A program made the position numbers and the translations under genes. From Camelus ferus (Eukaryota), in contig NC_045722.1 in assembly GCF_009834535.1 (NCBI RefSeq), positions 11,222,001 to 11,286,000 on the forward strand: a stretch of 64,000 nucleotides of DNA, written 5' to 3'. Below the pieces are notes generated by a model. The model was not told where the DNA came from. It did not search any database and worked only from the letters and a program-made list of their open reading frames with translations. Shown piece by piece: positions 63,450 to 64,000 of this stretch; the first letter of the stretch is position 1; each line of letters begins with the position of its first letter.

Positions 63450-64000
63450 GATTCAATTTCAATTCTAGATTTTATTAAAAAAAAAATGTAAAGTGCATCT
63501 TATTAGAAAAAATATAAAACCCACATAAACTCAGGGCCCCTGTGCTCAGGGCAGTGTCAACATCCCTTAGAGTGGAGGCTGGCAGGGTGTCGGGGTGAAC
63601 TGGGGGACTGGGTTTGAAGATAGGGCCAGGGTGGGTGTGGGGAAAAGAACACAGGTTTGTAGGCTGGGATAGAGGAAGGCAGGCAACCGTCTCTTCCTGG
63701 AATTCTGAGGGAAGGTGAACACTGTCACGTACTCTCTCCTGGGCTCACACTGCCCTCTCTCCTGTGGCCACAGCCTGATACAGGCCGGAGAGGTCCAGGA
63801 GGTGGGTCCAGGCCCAGAGCCTCCTGAGGGCTGTGGTGCCAGCACGGCCCTCCGGTCCCTGAGGTGACGGGATGACAGCTGCAACAACCTGGCCAGCTGG
63901 CACAGGAGGACCCACCGGAGCCCAGCTGGCCCCGGCTCTGCAGTGAGAAGGAGCAGCCTGTGGCAGTAGGGTAAGGCTGAAGGTAGAAGAGGCCAGTTGG
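63450..64000 (-). other. SEMA4B: 3' UTR end of semaphorin 4B, convergent with CIB1
   Basis: The minus strand reads ...ctctaagggatgttgacactgcc...ggggccctgagtttatgtgg...taataagatgcacttt...AATAAA (63471-63476), which I recognise as resembling the human SEMA4B 3' UTR. Conserved synteny with CIB1 agrees. No CDS falls in the window. Confidence 0.8.

Noticed and set aside
1-64000. CRISPR arrays, rRNA, snoRNA or prokaryotic-type systems
   Set aside because: No regularly spaced repeat-spacer structure and no recognisable rRNA or snoRNA; the window is ordinary intron-rich mammalian DNA.

Overview
Mammalian genomic DNA, almost certainly a camelid: it carries nine copies of a tRNA-Ala-derived SINE of the camelid Vic-1 type. 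The window is orthologous to human 15q26.1. Genes found by manual exon reconstruction: PRC1 (coding exons 1-3 only, minus), VPS33B (23 exons, 617 aa, minus), NGRN (3 exons, 295 aa, minus), TTLL13 (14 coding exons, 814 aa, apparently intact, minus), GDPGP1 (single-exon CDS, 385 aa, minus), CIB1 (7 exons, 191 aa, plus) and the 3' UTR end of SEMA4B (minus). The rest is L1, L2, MIR, MER20 and MER2-type repeats, microsatellites and three N-gap clusters. I see no new multi-gene system. The most interesting observations are: (1) a decayed, unprocessed HDDC3/MESH1 relic between VPS33B and NGRN, in the interval that appears to be an inversion breakpoint relative to human; (2) several oddities in TTLL13 (shifted weak splice donor, near-terminal TAG, Pro-to-Arg change in a conserved loop, long candidate uORF, read-through geometry into NGRN); (3) a perfect 27-bp-arm, pre-miRNA-sized hairpin derived from a MER2-type element. 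Orthologue comparisons are from memory, not database searches, and repeat boundaries are approximate.
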